Source: Podarcis vaucheri (taxonomy: Eukaryota). From it: a DNA stretch of 64,000 nt. Positions 37,170-49,638 of the stretch are shown here, piece after piece; the stretch's first letter is position 1; every line of letters starts with the position of its first letter. The notes under the pieces were generated by a model. The model was not told where the DNA came from. It made no database searches and worked only from the letters and a program-made list of their open reading frames with translations. The stretch lies in the NCBI GenBank assembly GCA_965113315.1, contig OZ220382.1. The stretch is one strand, 5' to 3'. A program made the translations under genes and the position numbers.

Positions 37170-37511
37170 AAAACCGGCCTCAGCCTAGTATCCTTGAAGG
37201 AGCGTCTCCGCCCCCATTGTTCTGCCCAGACACTGAGGTCCAGCACCGAGGGCCTTCTGGCAGTTCCCTCACTGCGAGAAGCCAAGTTACAGGGAACCAG
37301 GCAGAGGGCCTTCTCGGTGGTGGCACCCGCCCTGTGGAATGCCCACCCATCAGATGTCAAAGAGATAAACAACTACCTGACATTTAGAAGACATCTGAAG
37401 GTGGCCCTGTTCAGGGAAATTTTTAATGTTTGACATTTTAATGTATTTTTAATCTTTGTTGGAAGCAGCCCAGAGTGGCTGGGGAGACCCAGCCAAATGG
37501 GTGGGGTACAA

Positions 37512-37553
<42 letters not shown>
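37170..37553 (+). mobile_element. L2 LINE 3' fragment
   Basis: RAFSVVAPALWNxLP...FRRHLK C-terminal motif, then 3'UTR and (TTA)n tail. Confidence 0.85.
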
Positions 37554-38050
37554 GCACTCCATGCTTTTCCTTAACATTTGCACTAGCTCTTCCTCAAACC
37601 TGCAGTGCAAGGGATTGGACTAGATGAGCCTTTGGGTTCCTTCCAACTCCATGATCCTATGAAACTGCTAGCTTCCCTGTACCTTTTCCTTCCACAGTCC
37701 TTTGCATACTCTTCGTATGCGCCATTTCCTCCACCCCACCCTGCTCCTTTCGGCTCCCTTACAGCATCTCGGTTTCTGGGTAATACTCTGAGACTGTCAC
37801 CTCCGTGGAATGTTGGCAAACCCCCCCACCCCCACCCCCCTGCCCCGCCCACAATTCAGGGAACCAAACGAAAACAGGGTCTGAGATGCCCATAGCACCT
37901 GGTTGCAAAGCTTCCGTAGGCATCCTGCGGGTTGGCGTAAGAGACCAAGGAGCTCGGCTAGATGGATCTTTTGGTCTGATGCAGACGGGTGGTTTTGGTG
38001 GCCCACAGGGCAAGTCCTTTTGGCCACCAGTGCTGCGCTCAGAGCCTCAC

Positions 38051-38146
38051 CTGTATCACTCGCCTGCTCAGCCCTGTCATGTCTGCCAGCTTTTGAAGGG
38101 TCTGTGCGTCTGGGTTGTTGTCCTGAGCGAATTGCGCTTGCATGAC
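38051..38146 (-). CDS. LHX6: LHX6 homeodomain exon ([32 protein letters not shown])
   Basis: Acceptor CCTCTTAG, donor CAG|GTGAGG, 96 nt, after a 103-nt intron. Confidence 0.97.
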
Positions 38147-38249
38147 CTAAGAGGAGGACAATACTCAAGAGTAACCCAGGCATGTCGCCAGCATTCTCCT
38201 CTTCCTGCATCCCACTACCACTCTCGAGAGAGCCCACCCGGCTCTCTAC

Positions 38250-38350
38250 CTGTAGCTGCTCTGCCGTAAAGGAGGTCCGCGCTCTCTTTGCTGGCTTTGG
38301 CTGGCTGTCTTGCTCAGACGGGACCGCCCCTTCCAGTGTGATGCCATTAC
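38250..38350 (-). CDS. LHX6: LHX6 exon, linker and homeodomain start ([34 protein letters not shown])
   Basis: Acceptor TCTCTTGCAG, donor CAG|GTAGAG, 101 nt. Phase 1 matches the LIM2 exon. Confidence 0.97.
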
Positions 38351-38612
38351 CTGCAAGAGAACAAAGGGTGAATCTGGGGCGTATTGGCTGAACACTGATG
38401 GGTCAGCTGGTGGGTCAGGACCTACGAGTACAGGAGTTCCCAAACTTTTTCAGGCTGCTGCCCCCCCCCCCGGTTCCACAAGCTCATCCCCAGTGCCGCC
38501 CTTCTGCACCCTACCAAAAACATTTTTCAGAACAGCGGTTTTTACAATCCAAGTAAGGAGGAGAATAACACAATAAAAGTCAAAACAGTAATGATTAATT
38601 GCACATTTATTC

Positions 38613-38890
38613 ACCGAGGGCCTTCTGGCGGTTCCCTCATTGCTAGAAGTGAGGTTACAGGGAACCAGGCAGAGGGCCTTCTCGGTAGTGGCGCCCGCCC
38701 TGTGGAACGTCCTACCTTCAGATGTCAAAGTGATAAACAACTACCTGACATTCAGGAGACATCTTAAGACAGCCCTGTTCAGGGAAGCTTTTCATATTTA
38801 ATGCTGTATTGTTTTTAACACTTGATTGGAAGCCGCCCAGAGTGGCTGGGGAGACTCAGCCAGATGGGCGGGGTATAAATAATAAATTGG

Positions 38891-38921
<31 letters not shown>
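38613..38921 (+). mobile_element. L2 LINE 3' fragment
   Basis: Same family as 37170-37553, with a (TTG)n tail. Confidence 0.85.
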
Positions 38922-39031
38922 CAAAATCATTCGGCAAAATGGATGAACTTGATCCGGTGACGTCAGCTTTTCAAAGTCTGATATTCATTTACACTTCCAG
39001 TGCCCCCTGCCACCCCCTTGCCTCTTAACAC

Positions 39032-39081
<50 letters not shown>

Positions 39082-40050
39082 TTGCACTAGTGGGCTGAGG
39101 CCTGATACAAAGCAGGTGACAACAGGAGCAATACCACTGTGCAATTATATGGTGAAATGTTAAGAAATGGATCCCAAAATGCATGTTTGGGTTAAAAGTG
39201 GTTCCTGGGTCTGAAAAGCTTCAAGGTATACCTGGGCAAAGCTATGTGTGTGTGCTCTGAGCACTTCTCTCAGCCTGAGCTTGTTCATGAGGACTAGGCC
39301 CTTGACTGGGAAACTTGTGCATCTTTACCAACTCCTACACTGCTAACTGTTCTGGGCACAAGTACTGGTAGTCCGTTGTGGTTTTATTATTTTATTTCTT
39401 CTTCTTATATTTTATTGCATTTATATTCTACCTTTTTCCTCCAAGGAGCTTAAGGTGGTGCACATGGTCCCAACCTTCTCATTTAATCCCCACAACAACC
39501 CTATGTGGTCGGTTGGGCTGAGACACAGTGACTGGTCCCCAAGGTCACCTAGTGAGCTCCATGGCTGAGTGGGGATTTGAACCCTGGTTTCTCAGGTCTT
39601 AGTGCAACACACTTAACCACAGCCCTAAATGGGTATATATAGATGGAATATCTACCTACCGCATATTCTCACCCAGTCATCACCAGATCCTACCACCAGA
39701 TCCAAAGACCTAGCTTATTAGACCATCCAGTTCCTTCCCCTCCACCACCAGCACCCCACCAGTCATTTATTTGGGCATTTCCTCCTCATATTTCCCCATC
39801 AGCAGCTACAACAGCTTTAATGAGAGAAACAGAAGTGGAGAAAGGATATCCTTGCTGCTCCGGTCTGCATGGGTGATCCTTTTCCACCCAGCGTCAGTTT
39901 GTTAATGAAAGCCAGGTCCAGCTCATTGTTGGCCTGTTTCCCAATGTTCAAGACAAGATGGCGGGTTGCCGAGAACACAGCAATCCCACATCAGCTGCTA
40001 TCAAGCACAAAGCTCTCCTCAACTTTATGCTTTCTCCTAGTCACTAAGCT

Positions 40051-40443
40051 CAGCGGCGTAGCGTGAGTTGTCAGCACCCGGGGCAACGCAAGTAATTTGC
40101 GCCCCCCGCTGCCGCCCAAACGACGCCGCTTGCCCGGAGGAGGAGGAGGAGGGCAGAGAGGCGAGGAAAATGCAACGGCCCAGCAGCTGCAGCAGCACCG
40201 GCAGAGGCGGGGCTGTGAGGAGGGGCTGCCTGGCGCGTCCTCCGCGGCGAGCGCGGAGAGCCGCTGCCTGCCAGGCGCCTTCAGCCCGGACACGCGCACA
40301 GCTCGGCGGTTCCGCGAGACATGCGGCTCCGCTACAGCCTGCGCCCGAGGCTCTTCGGCGACTCCAGAGGCAGCGAGCGCGCCCCCCCAGATGTTGTGCC
40401 CGGTGCGGCCGGCACCCCTGGCACCCCCCACGCTACGCCACTG
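40051..40443. mobile_element. CpG-rich non-autonomous hAT element
   Basis: 15-bp TIR CAGCGGCGTAGCGTG/CACGCTACGCCACTG (1 mismatch); perfect 8-bp TSD ACTAAGCT at 40043 and 40444. Confidence 0.92.
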
Positions 40444-40689
40444 ACTAAGCTCCTCTTTTACGTCCAACAGCTCACAATCCCTTGCAGGCTCTGTGTGGTT
40501 CCCCCACCTTCACCAGTCAGATTGACCTTTCACTTTCCTCACAGAAGATGCACTGTTGATCAGCATTCCACAACTGCCCCAGCCACACATAGGATGCTAA
40601 AGAATATTCTGTGCCAAAGATACCCACACAAAGAGAGAGAAAGCCCCTGCTTCAGAAGCCACAGGCATAAGTTGCATTGGGAGTTACAA

Positions 40690-41160
40690 CAACAACATTT
40701 TCATACCACCCTTTATCCAATGATCACAGGGTGGTTTACAATATAAAAACACAAAAATACACAACATAGTAACAAGCAAAAACAATACCCCCTTCCTACA
40801 CACACACTGTTTAAAAGGCTATAGATTGTTTAACTAGCCAAAGGTCTGGGAGAAGAAGAATGTTTGCCTGGCAACTAAAGATATGTAACAAAGGAGCCAG
40901 GCAAACCTTCCTGGGGAGAGCATTCCACAAACGGGGAGCCACTGCAGAAAAGGCCCTGTTCTCATGTTGCCACCCTTCAGACCTCTCATGGAGGAGGCAC
41001 ATATGTGGAGAAGCGGTTCTTGAGGTATTGTGGACCTGAGCTGTTTAAGGCTTTGTAGGTCAAACCCAGCACTTCGGATTGGGCCCAGAAACTGACTGGC
41101 AGCCAGTGCAGTTGGGCCAGGATTGGCGTTCTGTGCTCAAACCACCTTGCACGGGTGAGC
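40690..41160 (-). mobile_element. Older L2 3' fragment
   Basis: ORF 40811-41002 contains RAFSAVAPRLWNALP. Confidence 0.75.
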
Positions 41161-42245
41161 ACATTTATTCTGTGGCTCTTGCAGCCACCGACTCCAGGGT
41201 CACAATGGTTAATTCCTGTGTTTAGCCATATCTTCTGAGTGATGACAGGGACTCGAGTCTTAATGCAGACGGAGACTCTAGCAACTGTGGGAACCCTTCA
41301 GCAGCTTTGGTCAGGCTCCTCACCCTCCGAGATATTCAGTTTGGAGGCAAGATTTGGGATGTGATTATCTTGGCCCCAGTTGAAGGAATTTTCTTCTTTT
41401 TTAACAGTTTGACTCGTTGTTGCAGGATGATTAATGGGGCTCAACTTCAGCAACATGTGTTTATTTTCCCTTCTCCAGAAAAGCCTTGCAACACAGGCGA
41501 AATCGCTTTGTGATTCCCAGAGGAAACGTACATGCCAAATGGAATTGCCGCTTGCGCTTTTCGTGTCCCCTCCCTGGAGCAAGCAGGAAGGCACACCCCA
41601 CCCACAGCTGCCACCTGGCCTCTGCCCACCATCTGCCCTCCAAGCTGACATCTCCCTCTTCGGGGAATCAGCATCCTGAGCCACAGGAAGGGCTGGCAGG
41701 GCAGGGCAGGGCCTATCCTGGGCCGTGATGCAGACAGCGGGAGCCACAAACGACACCTTGAAACTGGGACGGCTTTGCTTCAGATGCCTAGAGACAGAAT
41801 GCCGAAGCAGTGACTGCATCAGTTAGGACTTTGGTTGAGGCAGGCTAAAGCCCCACACAAATTCAGCCAGCAGAGGAGCAGGGAGGGGAGTGTGACGCAG
41901 GCAGGGCTTTATACAAATCGGTGGCGCAACAAAACTTGGAATCATCTTCTTCTTTGGCGATCACTTGTAGCCGAGTAAGATTGTCTTCTATAAACCCAGT
42001 TTATGAGTTCTGGTTGCCAGAACTCAAAAAAGACCATTGTAGAGCTGGACAAAAAAAGGGGGGGGCAACAAAAATTATGTAGAGACCGGAAGAGGAACTC
42101 GTCACGATGACAAAAGGAAGCAACATTTGAGGCTTGTGTACAAAGTCATGCACAGGGTGGGGGTAATGGACTGAGAGGTGCATTTTGTCCCTCTCTCAGA
42201 TTACTAGAAACAAGCTGGATGGCTTGTCCTGTAGAATTCTAAGTG

Positions 42246-42513
42246 TTGGTGCTGACCTTGAAAGCCCTAAACGGCCTCGGTCCAGTATACCTGAAGGAGT
42301 GTCTCCACCCCCATCATTCAGCCCGGACACTGAGGTCCAGCTCCGAGGGCCTTCTGGCGGTTCCCTCACTGTGAGAAGTGAGATTACAGGGAACCAGGCA
42401 GAGGGCCTTCTCGGTAGTGGCGCTCGCCCTGTGGAACGCCCTCCCAGCAGATGTCAAGGCAATAAACAACTAATTTACTTTTAAAGGCGGCACCGTTTAG
42501 GGAAGTTTTTAAT
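42246..42513 (+). mobile_element. L2 3' fragment lacking its tail
   Basis: Same family as 37170; abuts the Tigger-like MITE directly. Confidence 0.8.
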
Positions 42514-42844
42514 GTGGTGCCTCGCAAGACAAAAAGAATCCGTTCTGTGATTCTCTTAGTCTAGCGGTTTTTTCGTCTTGCGAAGCAAGCCCATTGAAGG
42601 ATTAGCGGATTAGCGCTATTAGCGGCTTTTAGTGGCTTATCTGCTGATCGGATAAGCTGATTAGCGGCTTAGCGGCTTAGAAAAGGGGGGGAGGGGAAAA
42701 AACCAGCAGGAACTCGCAAGACATTGTCGTCTTGCGAAGCAAGCCCATAGGAAATTCGTTTTGCGAAGCACCTCCAAAACGGAAAACTCTTTCGTCTAGC
42801 GAGTTTTCCGTCTTGCGAGGCATTCGTTTTGCAGGGCACCACTG
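42514..42844. mobile_element. Tigger-like MITE, sister of 1757-2082
   Basis: Near-identical sequence. The left TIR lacks its first two bases; the right end is CACCACTG-TA. Confidence 0.85.
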
Positions 42845-43661
42845 TAGTGTCTAAGAAGATAGAGTTCACTAGAAATGGGGGCCAGCAAAACCTTTGTCAT
42901 TTCTACACCACCAGACATTTTGGGCAAAACACAGCAGAAGACAAAAAGTGGGAAAACCCAAACAGAACAGGCGCCTGCACACGCCACTCCATGGCAGTGA
43001 AATAAACTGAATTCTTGCCACTGTGCTGCTCTTAAACCACCACAAAATTCACGTGGAATGCCTCACCTTGGCCCTGTATGTGACTCTCATCATGTCTGAA
43101 CCTGGCAACCTCTAAGGACAAGATGCCTGCAGCTTTGTTGCTTGCTATGGGTCTGCTAGAGGAGATGGGAGAGCTGCCTGCATCTGTACAGCCATGGCCT
43201 GATACTGACCTATGTGCCAAACCTATTTGATCCCCAAAACTCAGGGGAATGGCACCACACTCTCATTATTAGGGTGTGTTCAAATTGCTGCCTTAGAGCG
43301 CAGAGAATTTGTGTTTCCCCCAGTGCCATAGCTGTCAACTTTTCCCTTTTCTTGCGAGGAATCCTATTCGGAATAAGGGAATTTCCCTTTAAAAAAAGGG
43401 AAACGTTGACAGCTATGCCCAGTGCTTTTTCTCCCCTCAGCTGTTCACACCAGCATGGGTTCCTTAGTGTCAGTTTCATTACTGTTCGTGTACATTCGGG
43501 GGGGGGTGTTGACGGGTGGTGATGCCTTTACCCTATGCAGGGGTTTCATGCCTTGGCTAGAGATCGATTAGAAACAGCTTTAGGACTCCAATGGGTGTGA
43601 AGCGCATTTGCATAATCATAGAACTATATAGTTAGAAGGGTTCCCCGAGGGCCAGCTAGCT

Positions 43662-43916
43662 CAGGGGTCAGCAAGCTTTTTCCGCCATGGACCGGTCCAC
43701 TGTCCCTCAGACCTTGTGGGGGGGGGGCCAGACTATATTTTGGAGAGAGAAAATGGACGGATTCCTAGGCCCCACAAATAACCCAGAGATGCATTTTAAA
43801 TTAAAGGACACATTCTGCTCATGTGAAAACACACTGGTTCCTGGACTGTCCGCAGGCTGGATTTAGAAGGCGATTGGGCCAGATCCAGACCCCGGGCCTT
43901 AGTTTGTCTACCCATG
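43662..43916. mobile_element. hAT-Charlie-type MITE, family A
   Basis: CAGGGGTCAGCAAG...TTTGTCTACCCATG; flanks AGCTAGCT and ATCTAGCT. Second copy at 55149-55396. Confidence 0.88.
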
Positions 43917-43924
43917 ATCTAGCT

Positions 43925-44313
43925 CAGGGGTCCCCAAACTAAGGCCAGCGGGCCGGATAAGGCCCGAGGGACTCGTTTATCTGGCCCACTGTGACCCCCA
44001 CTGCCTACTGCCTCCGCCCGCTCTTACTAATGCTGCACTGCACGACTGCCCACTTCCGGGTTGGAGGAGCACTGGAAATAGCTTGTGCGCATGCACAAGC
44101 GTTATTTGCGCATACATTATTTCTGGTGCACATCCGGGTCGGAGGAGGCCCATGCACATGCACACAAGCTATTCCAGTGCTCTTCCGACCCGGAATTGCA
44201 CCAGAAATAGCCTGTGTGCACGCGTATGGGCATGCGCTCCCCTGCCCTCCAGCCCGCCACGCAATCAACGCTGGAGACACCTGCCTGAGGTGCGGTAAGT
44301 TTGCTGACCCCTG
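43925..44313. mobile_element. hAT-Charlie-type MITE, family B
   Basis: CAGGGGTCCCCAAACT...AGTTTGCTGACCCCTG; perfect TSD ATCTAGCT. Confidence 0.88.
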
Positions 44314-44592
44314 ATCTAGCTCAATCCTCTGCATGCAGGAATCACGCCTACAGAATCCATGGCAGACGGCCATCCAACCTCTGCTTAGAAACCTCCAATG
44401 AAGGAGAGTCCCCACCTTCGGAGGGCGTCTGTTCCACTCTTGAACAGCTCTTCCTACTGTTAATCAGAATCTCCTTTCCGGCTGTTTCAATCCATTGGTT
44501 CGGGTCATACCCTCCAGAGCAGCAAAAAACAAGCTTGCTCCATCTTCCATGTGGCAGCCCTTCACATATTTGAGACCCAACCGCATCAAATA

Positions 44593-44852
44593 CTGTCATA
44601 CCTTGGGTTATAGACGCTTCAGGTTGAGTTTTTTCAGGTTGTGGACCACCAAAACCCATAAGTACCGGAACGGGTTACTTCCAGGTTTCGGCAGTCACGC
44701 ATGCACAGAAGTGCTAAATTGTGCTTTGTGCATGTTCAGACGTGCCGAATCACAACCCGTACATGCGCAGACGCACCATTGCGGGTTGCGGGCGCTGCGG
44801 GTTGCGGACGTGTCTCCCGCACAGATCACGTTCGCAACCCGAGCATCCACTG
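44593..44852. mobile_element. Tigger-like MITE
   Basis: TA-CTGTCATACCTTGGGTT...AACCCGAGCATCCACTG-TA. Confidence 0.75.
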
Positions 44853-45713
44853 TAGCAGTATCTCATAACAAAGTACAGGCTACAGATGCATTTATTATAA
44901 TGTCGTGTGAAGGCAGATTAAAAACCCAGTTGAATGCCCAGTAACTGGGATTGTAGCACAGCCTTACTCTTTGTTTCTTGACCTGTAAGGTAAGTCACTC
45001 AGATCCCCCTTCTGCAAACAAGAGGCTGAAGATCAAGGGAGATCCCGGTTTGCTTGAGCAAGGCCACCCAGCAAGCTTCCCTAGCCCAGAAAGCGCCTGA
45101 ACCCGGGTCCAAGTCTAAGCCGCTAACAAGCCGCCGGACCACACTAGCCCAGGACACGCCACAAATGAGCGCCTCAGACGCCCACCCCCTTCCCAGCTCA
45201 CTTCTGCATCTTGGTTTGATTTTGTTTTCATCTCCTCGCTTAAACCTTGTAAACAGAAACACGGATTATTTTCATTTTGAGATCTCTCCCCTTCTCTGAA
45301 ATCGTTTCCATCTGCAGCCCAAGATGGCCTGTTACATACGCCTCTCTCCCCCACCCCCAGTCTCACATTTTCTCAGAAAAGAAAAATCAGACAACTTCTT
45401 AGCACTTGGGCAAAGTTTTATCTCTTGGGAATCACACACACATTAATTTGGAGGAGGAGGAGGAGGAGGAGGAGGAAAGCACCCGGGCTGAAGAGGACCA
45501 CATGGGACCCTCGATTGAGTGCTGTTCTCTTTCCTCCTTTCTTCAAATGCCTGAAAATCCACTGTCTTGAAGAAGGGAATTGTGTGGGTCCTGAGAAGCC
45601 CATGTGCATATTCCCAAAACAACTGGTCCCACATACAAGCACGGAATCTTGTATCCAGCACATAACCTCCTATAATAACAGAACACAGGCTCTATGTTCG
45701 TATTATCAGTATT

Positions 45714-48700
45714 CACGGACTGCAGTTTCTTGAAGATGGACTTCTGGCAAGTGATGGGCTGCACCTCACAACGGTTGGGAGAAATGTTTTTGCCAAAAAT
45801 CTCAGAAACCTCATCAGGAGGGCTTTAAACTGACTAATGTGGGGGAGGGAGACAGTGCTCCTGAAGGTAGGAGTCTATCAATTAATGAAGATGATCATCC
45901 AAATGTCATAGACCAAATGGAGCAAACAGCACGCGGACCTAGTGGAGGGAGGAAAAAATCCTTAAATAAGAGACACGGGGGAATGATTAATGGACTTCAA
46001 TGTCTGTACACTAATGCGCAAAGCATGGGAAATAAACAAGATGAGCTTGAGCTCTTGGTACAGCAAACTAAATATGACATAATAGGCATCACTGAAACCT
46101 GGTGGGATAAGTCCCACGATTGGAATGTAATAATGGAGGGATACAATCTATTTCAGAGAAACAGACCAGACAAGAAAGGAGGAGGAGTGGCGTTATATGT
46201 CAGGGGTGTGTATACCTGTGAAGAGATCCAAGATTTAGAACCTCAAAGCCAAAGTGAGAGCATTTGGGTCAAAATTAAGGGAGAGAAGAATAACAGAGAC
46301 CTCATTGTGGGAGTTTACTATAGATCCCCAAGCCAAACGGAGGACATAGATGATGCCTTCCTGGAACAGATGGCCAAGCATGCAAAAGGAAGGGAGATAG
46401 TAGTAATGGGGGACTTCAATTACCCGGATATTTGTTGGACGTCAAACTCAGCCAAGAGCATAAGGTCAAACAGATTCCTCACTGGCCTTGCAGACAACTT
46501 CATTGTCCAGAAAGTGGGAGAAGCAACAAGAGGAACAGCCATTTTAGACCTGGTCCTAACCAATGTTGATGACCTGGTTAGTGGGGTAGATGTGGAAGGA
46601 TCATTAGGCGCGAGTGATCATGCTCTTCTGAAGTTTACTATACAGCGGACAGTAGCAGCCAAGCATACTAGGACTCAATTTCTTGACTTTAAGAAAGCCG
46701 ACTTCATAAAACTTAGGGAAGTGCTGGGTGAGATCCCATGGACAGCAATACTAAAAGGAAAGGGAGTTCATGATGGCTGGGAGTTTGTTAAGACGGAGAT
46801 AGTAAAAGCACAACGTCAGGCAATACCAATGAGACGAAAACATGGAAGGTGCCTAAAGAAACCAGGGTGGCTATCTAAAGAACTTTTAACTGAATTAAGA
46901 TTAAAAAAGGATGTGTACAAAAAATGGAAAAGGGGGGAAACCACCAAAGAGGAATTCAAACAAATAGCCAGCACGTGTAGACACAAAGTCAGAAAAGCTA
47001 AAGCATAGAATGAACTCAGGCTTGCTAGAGAGGTTAAAAGCAACAAAAAAGGCTTTTATGGGTATGTTCGTAGCAAAAGGAAGAACAAAGAAACAATGGG
47101 GTCACTCAGAGGAGAAGATGGTGAAATGCAAACAGGGGACACAGAAAGGGCTGAACTCCTCAATGCCTTATTTGCCTCAGTCTTCTCCGATAAAGAAGAC
47201 AATGCCCGACCTGAAGAATTTGAAGCAAATGATTCAGCAAAGGAAACACAGCCCAGAATAACTAAGGAGATAGTACAAGAATATTTGGCTAGATTAGATG
47301 TATTCAAGTCTCCAGGGCCAGATGAACTGCATCCAAGAGTATTAAAAGAACTGGCAGATGTGATCTCAGAACCACTGGCAGTCATCTTTGAGAATTCCTG
47401 GAGAACAGGCGAAGTCCCGGCAGACTGGAGGAGGGCAAATGTTGTCCCTATTTTCAAAAAGGGGAAAAGAGAGGACCCAAATAATTACTGCCCAGTCAGT
47501 CTGACATCAATACCAGGGAAGATTCTGGAGCAGATCATTAAGCAAACAGTCTGTGAGCACCTAGAAAGGAATGCTGTGATCACCAATAGTCAGCATGGAT
47601 TTCTGAAAAATAAGTCATGTCAGACTAACCTGATCTCGTTTTTTGACAGAATTACAAGCCTGGTAGATGAAGGGAACGCAGTGGATGTAGCCTACCTTGA
47701 TTTCAGCAAAGCATTTGACAAGGTGCCCCATGATATTCTTGTAAAGAAGCTGGTAAAATGCGGTCTTGACTATGCTACCACTCAGTGGATTTGTAACTGG
47801 CTGACTGACCGAACCCAAAGGGTGCTCATCAATGGTTCCTCTTCATCCTGGAGAAGAGTGACTAGTGGGGTGCCACAGGGTTCTGTCTTGGGCCCGGTCT
47901 TATTCAACATCTTTATCAACGACTTGGATGATGGACTCAAGGGCATCCTGATCAAATTTGCAGATGACACCAAACTGGGAGGGGTGGCTAACACCCCAGA
48001 GGACAGGATCACACTTCAAAACGACCTTGACAGATTAGAGAACTGGGCAAAAACAAACAAGATGAATTTTAACAGGGAGAAATGTAAAGTATTGCACTTG
48101 GGCAAAAAAAATGAGAGGCACAAATACAAGATGGGGGACACCTGGCTTGAGAGCAGTACATGTGAAAAGGATCTAGGAGTCTTGGTTGACCACAAACTTG
48201 ACATGAGCCAACAGTGTGACGCGGCAGCTAAAAAAGCCAATGCAATTCTGGGCTGCATCAATAGGAGTATAGCATCTAGATCAAGGGAAGTAATAGTGCC
48301 ACTGTATTCTGCTCTGGTCAGACCACACCTGGAGTACTGTGTCCAGTTCTGGGCACCACAATTCAAGAAGGACACTGACAAACTGGAACGTGTCCAGAAG
48401 AGGGCAACCAAAATGGTCAAAGGCCTGGAAACGATGCCTTATGAGGAACGGCTAAGGGAGCTGGGCATGTTTAGCCTGGAGAAGAGGAGGTTAAGGGGTG
48501 ATATGATAGCCATGTTCAAATATATAAAAGGATGTCACATAGAGGAGGGAGAAAGGTTGTTTTCTACTGCTCCAGAGAAGCGGACACGGAGCAATGGATC
48601 CAAACTACAAGAAAGAAGATTCCACCTAAACATTAGGAAGAACTTCCTGACAGTAAGAGCTGTTCGACAGTGGAATTTGCTGCCAAGGAGTGTGGTGGAG

Positions 48701-48850
48701 TCTCCTACTTTGGAGGTCTTTAAGCAGAGGCTTGACAACCATATGTCAGGAGTGCTCTGATGGTGTTTCCTGCTTGGCAGGGGGTTGGACTCGATGGCCC
48801 TTGTGGTCTCTTCCAACTCTATGATTCTATGATTCTATGATTCTATGATT
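45714..48850 (+). mobile_element. Young 5'-truncated CR1 LINE: ORF1 tail plus complete ORF2 (APE endonuclease and RT) with one nonsense codon
   Basis: ORF1 ends ...SDGLHLTTVGRNVFAKNLRNLIRRALN* (esterase-like DGLH, stop at 45833). ORF2 motifs YTNAQS, ITETWW, GDFNYPDI, SDH, QGSVLGP and FADD. ORFs 45839-47008 and 47096-48760 are in frame, split only by TAG at 47006-47008. (ATTCTATG)n tail. Confidence 0.97.
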
Positions 48851-49217
48851 CAAGGTTGATGATGCAGAACTACTTTGTAAAACTCTTATTATATGCTTGT
48901 TGGTTGTGGATATATTGATTGTTGTTACCCAGCGATGGAGAAATACGTCACACTTTCCCCTTCATATTTGGTTTCAGAAGACCCTACATATTTCAGTTTC
49001 AGAAAAGTTGACTCATTCAATGCGTATTTCACCTGCCAAGCCAATTGACTGTGCTGCCATGTGGTGGATGTTTTTGATGTACATTAAGAAACAAAGTCAT
49101 GACTGGCAGGTTCCCACCAAATTTGGCTTTATATGGTACTGATTACATACCGATATGCATTATTACTAGCCCTCTCCATTCTGCAAGAACAATAATCGTT
49201 TTTTCTTGTCTTACTTT

Positions 49218-49638
49218 ATAATAATAATAATAATAATAATAATTTATTATTTGTACCCCGCCCATCTGGCTGGGTTTCCCCAGCCACTCTGGGCGGCTTC
49301 CACAGAAACCAAAAAACACTAAAATATCATACATTAAAAGCTTCCCTGAATAGGGCCGCCTTAAGATGTCTTCTGAATGTCAGGTAGTTGTCCATCACCT
49401 TGACATCCAATGGGAGGGCATTCCACAGGGCGGGCGCCACCACCGAAAAGGCCCTCTGCCTGGTTCCCTGTAGCTTCGCTTCTCGTAATGAGGGAACCGC
49501 CAGAAGGCCCTCGGCGCTGGACCTCAGTGTCCGGGCAGAACGATGGGGGTGGAGACGCTCCTTCAGGTATACTGGGCCGAAGCCGTTTAGGGCTTTAAAG
49601 GTCAACACCAGCACTTTGAATTGTGCTCGGAAACGTAC
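49218..49638 (-). mobile_element. L2 LINE 3' fragment
   Basis: ORF 49327-49701 reads FKVLVLTFKALNG...RAFSVVAPALWNALP, followed by a (TTA)n tail. Confidence 0.88.

Noticed and set aside
40068-40448. Overlapping 115-158 aa ORFs as a novel gene
   Set aside because: Essentially confined to a TIR/TSD-bounded element; GC richness explains the lack of stops.
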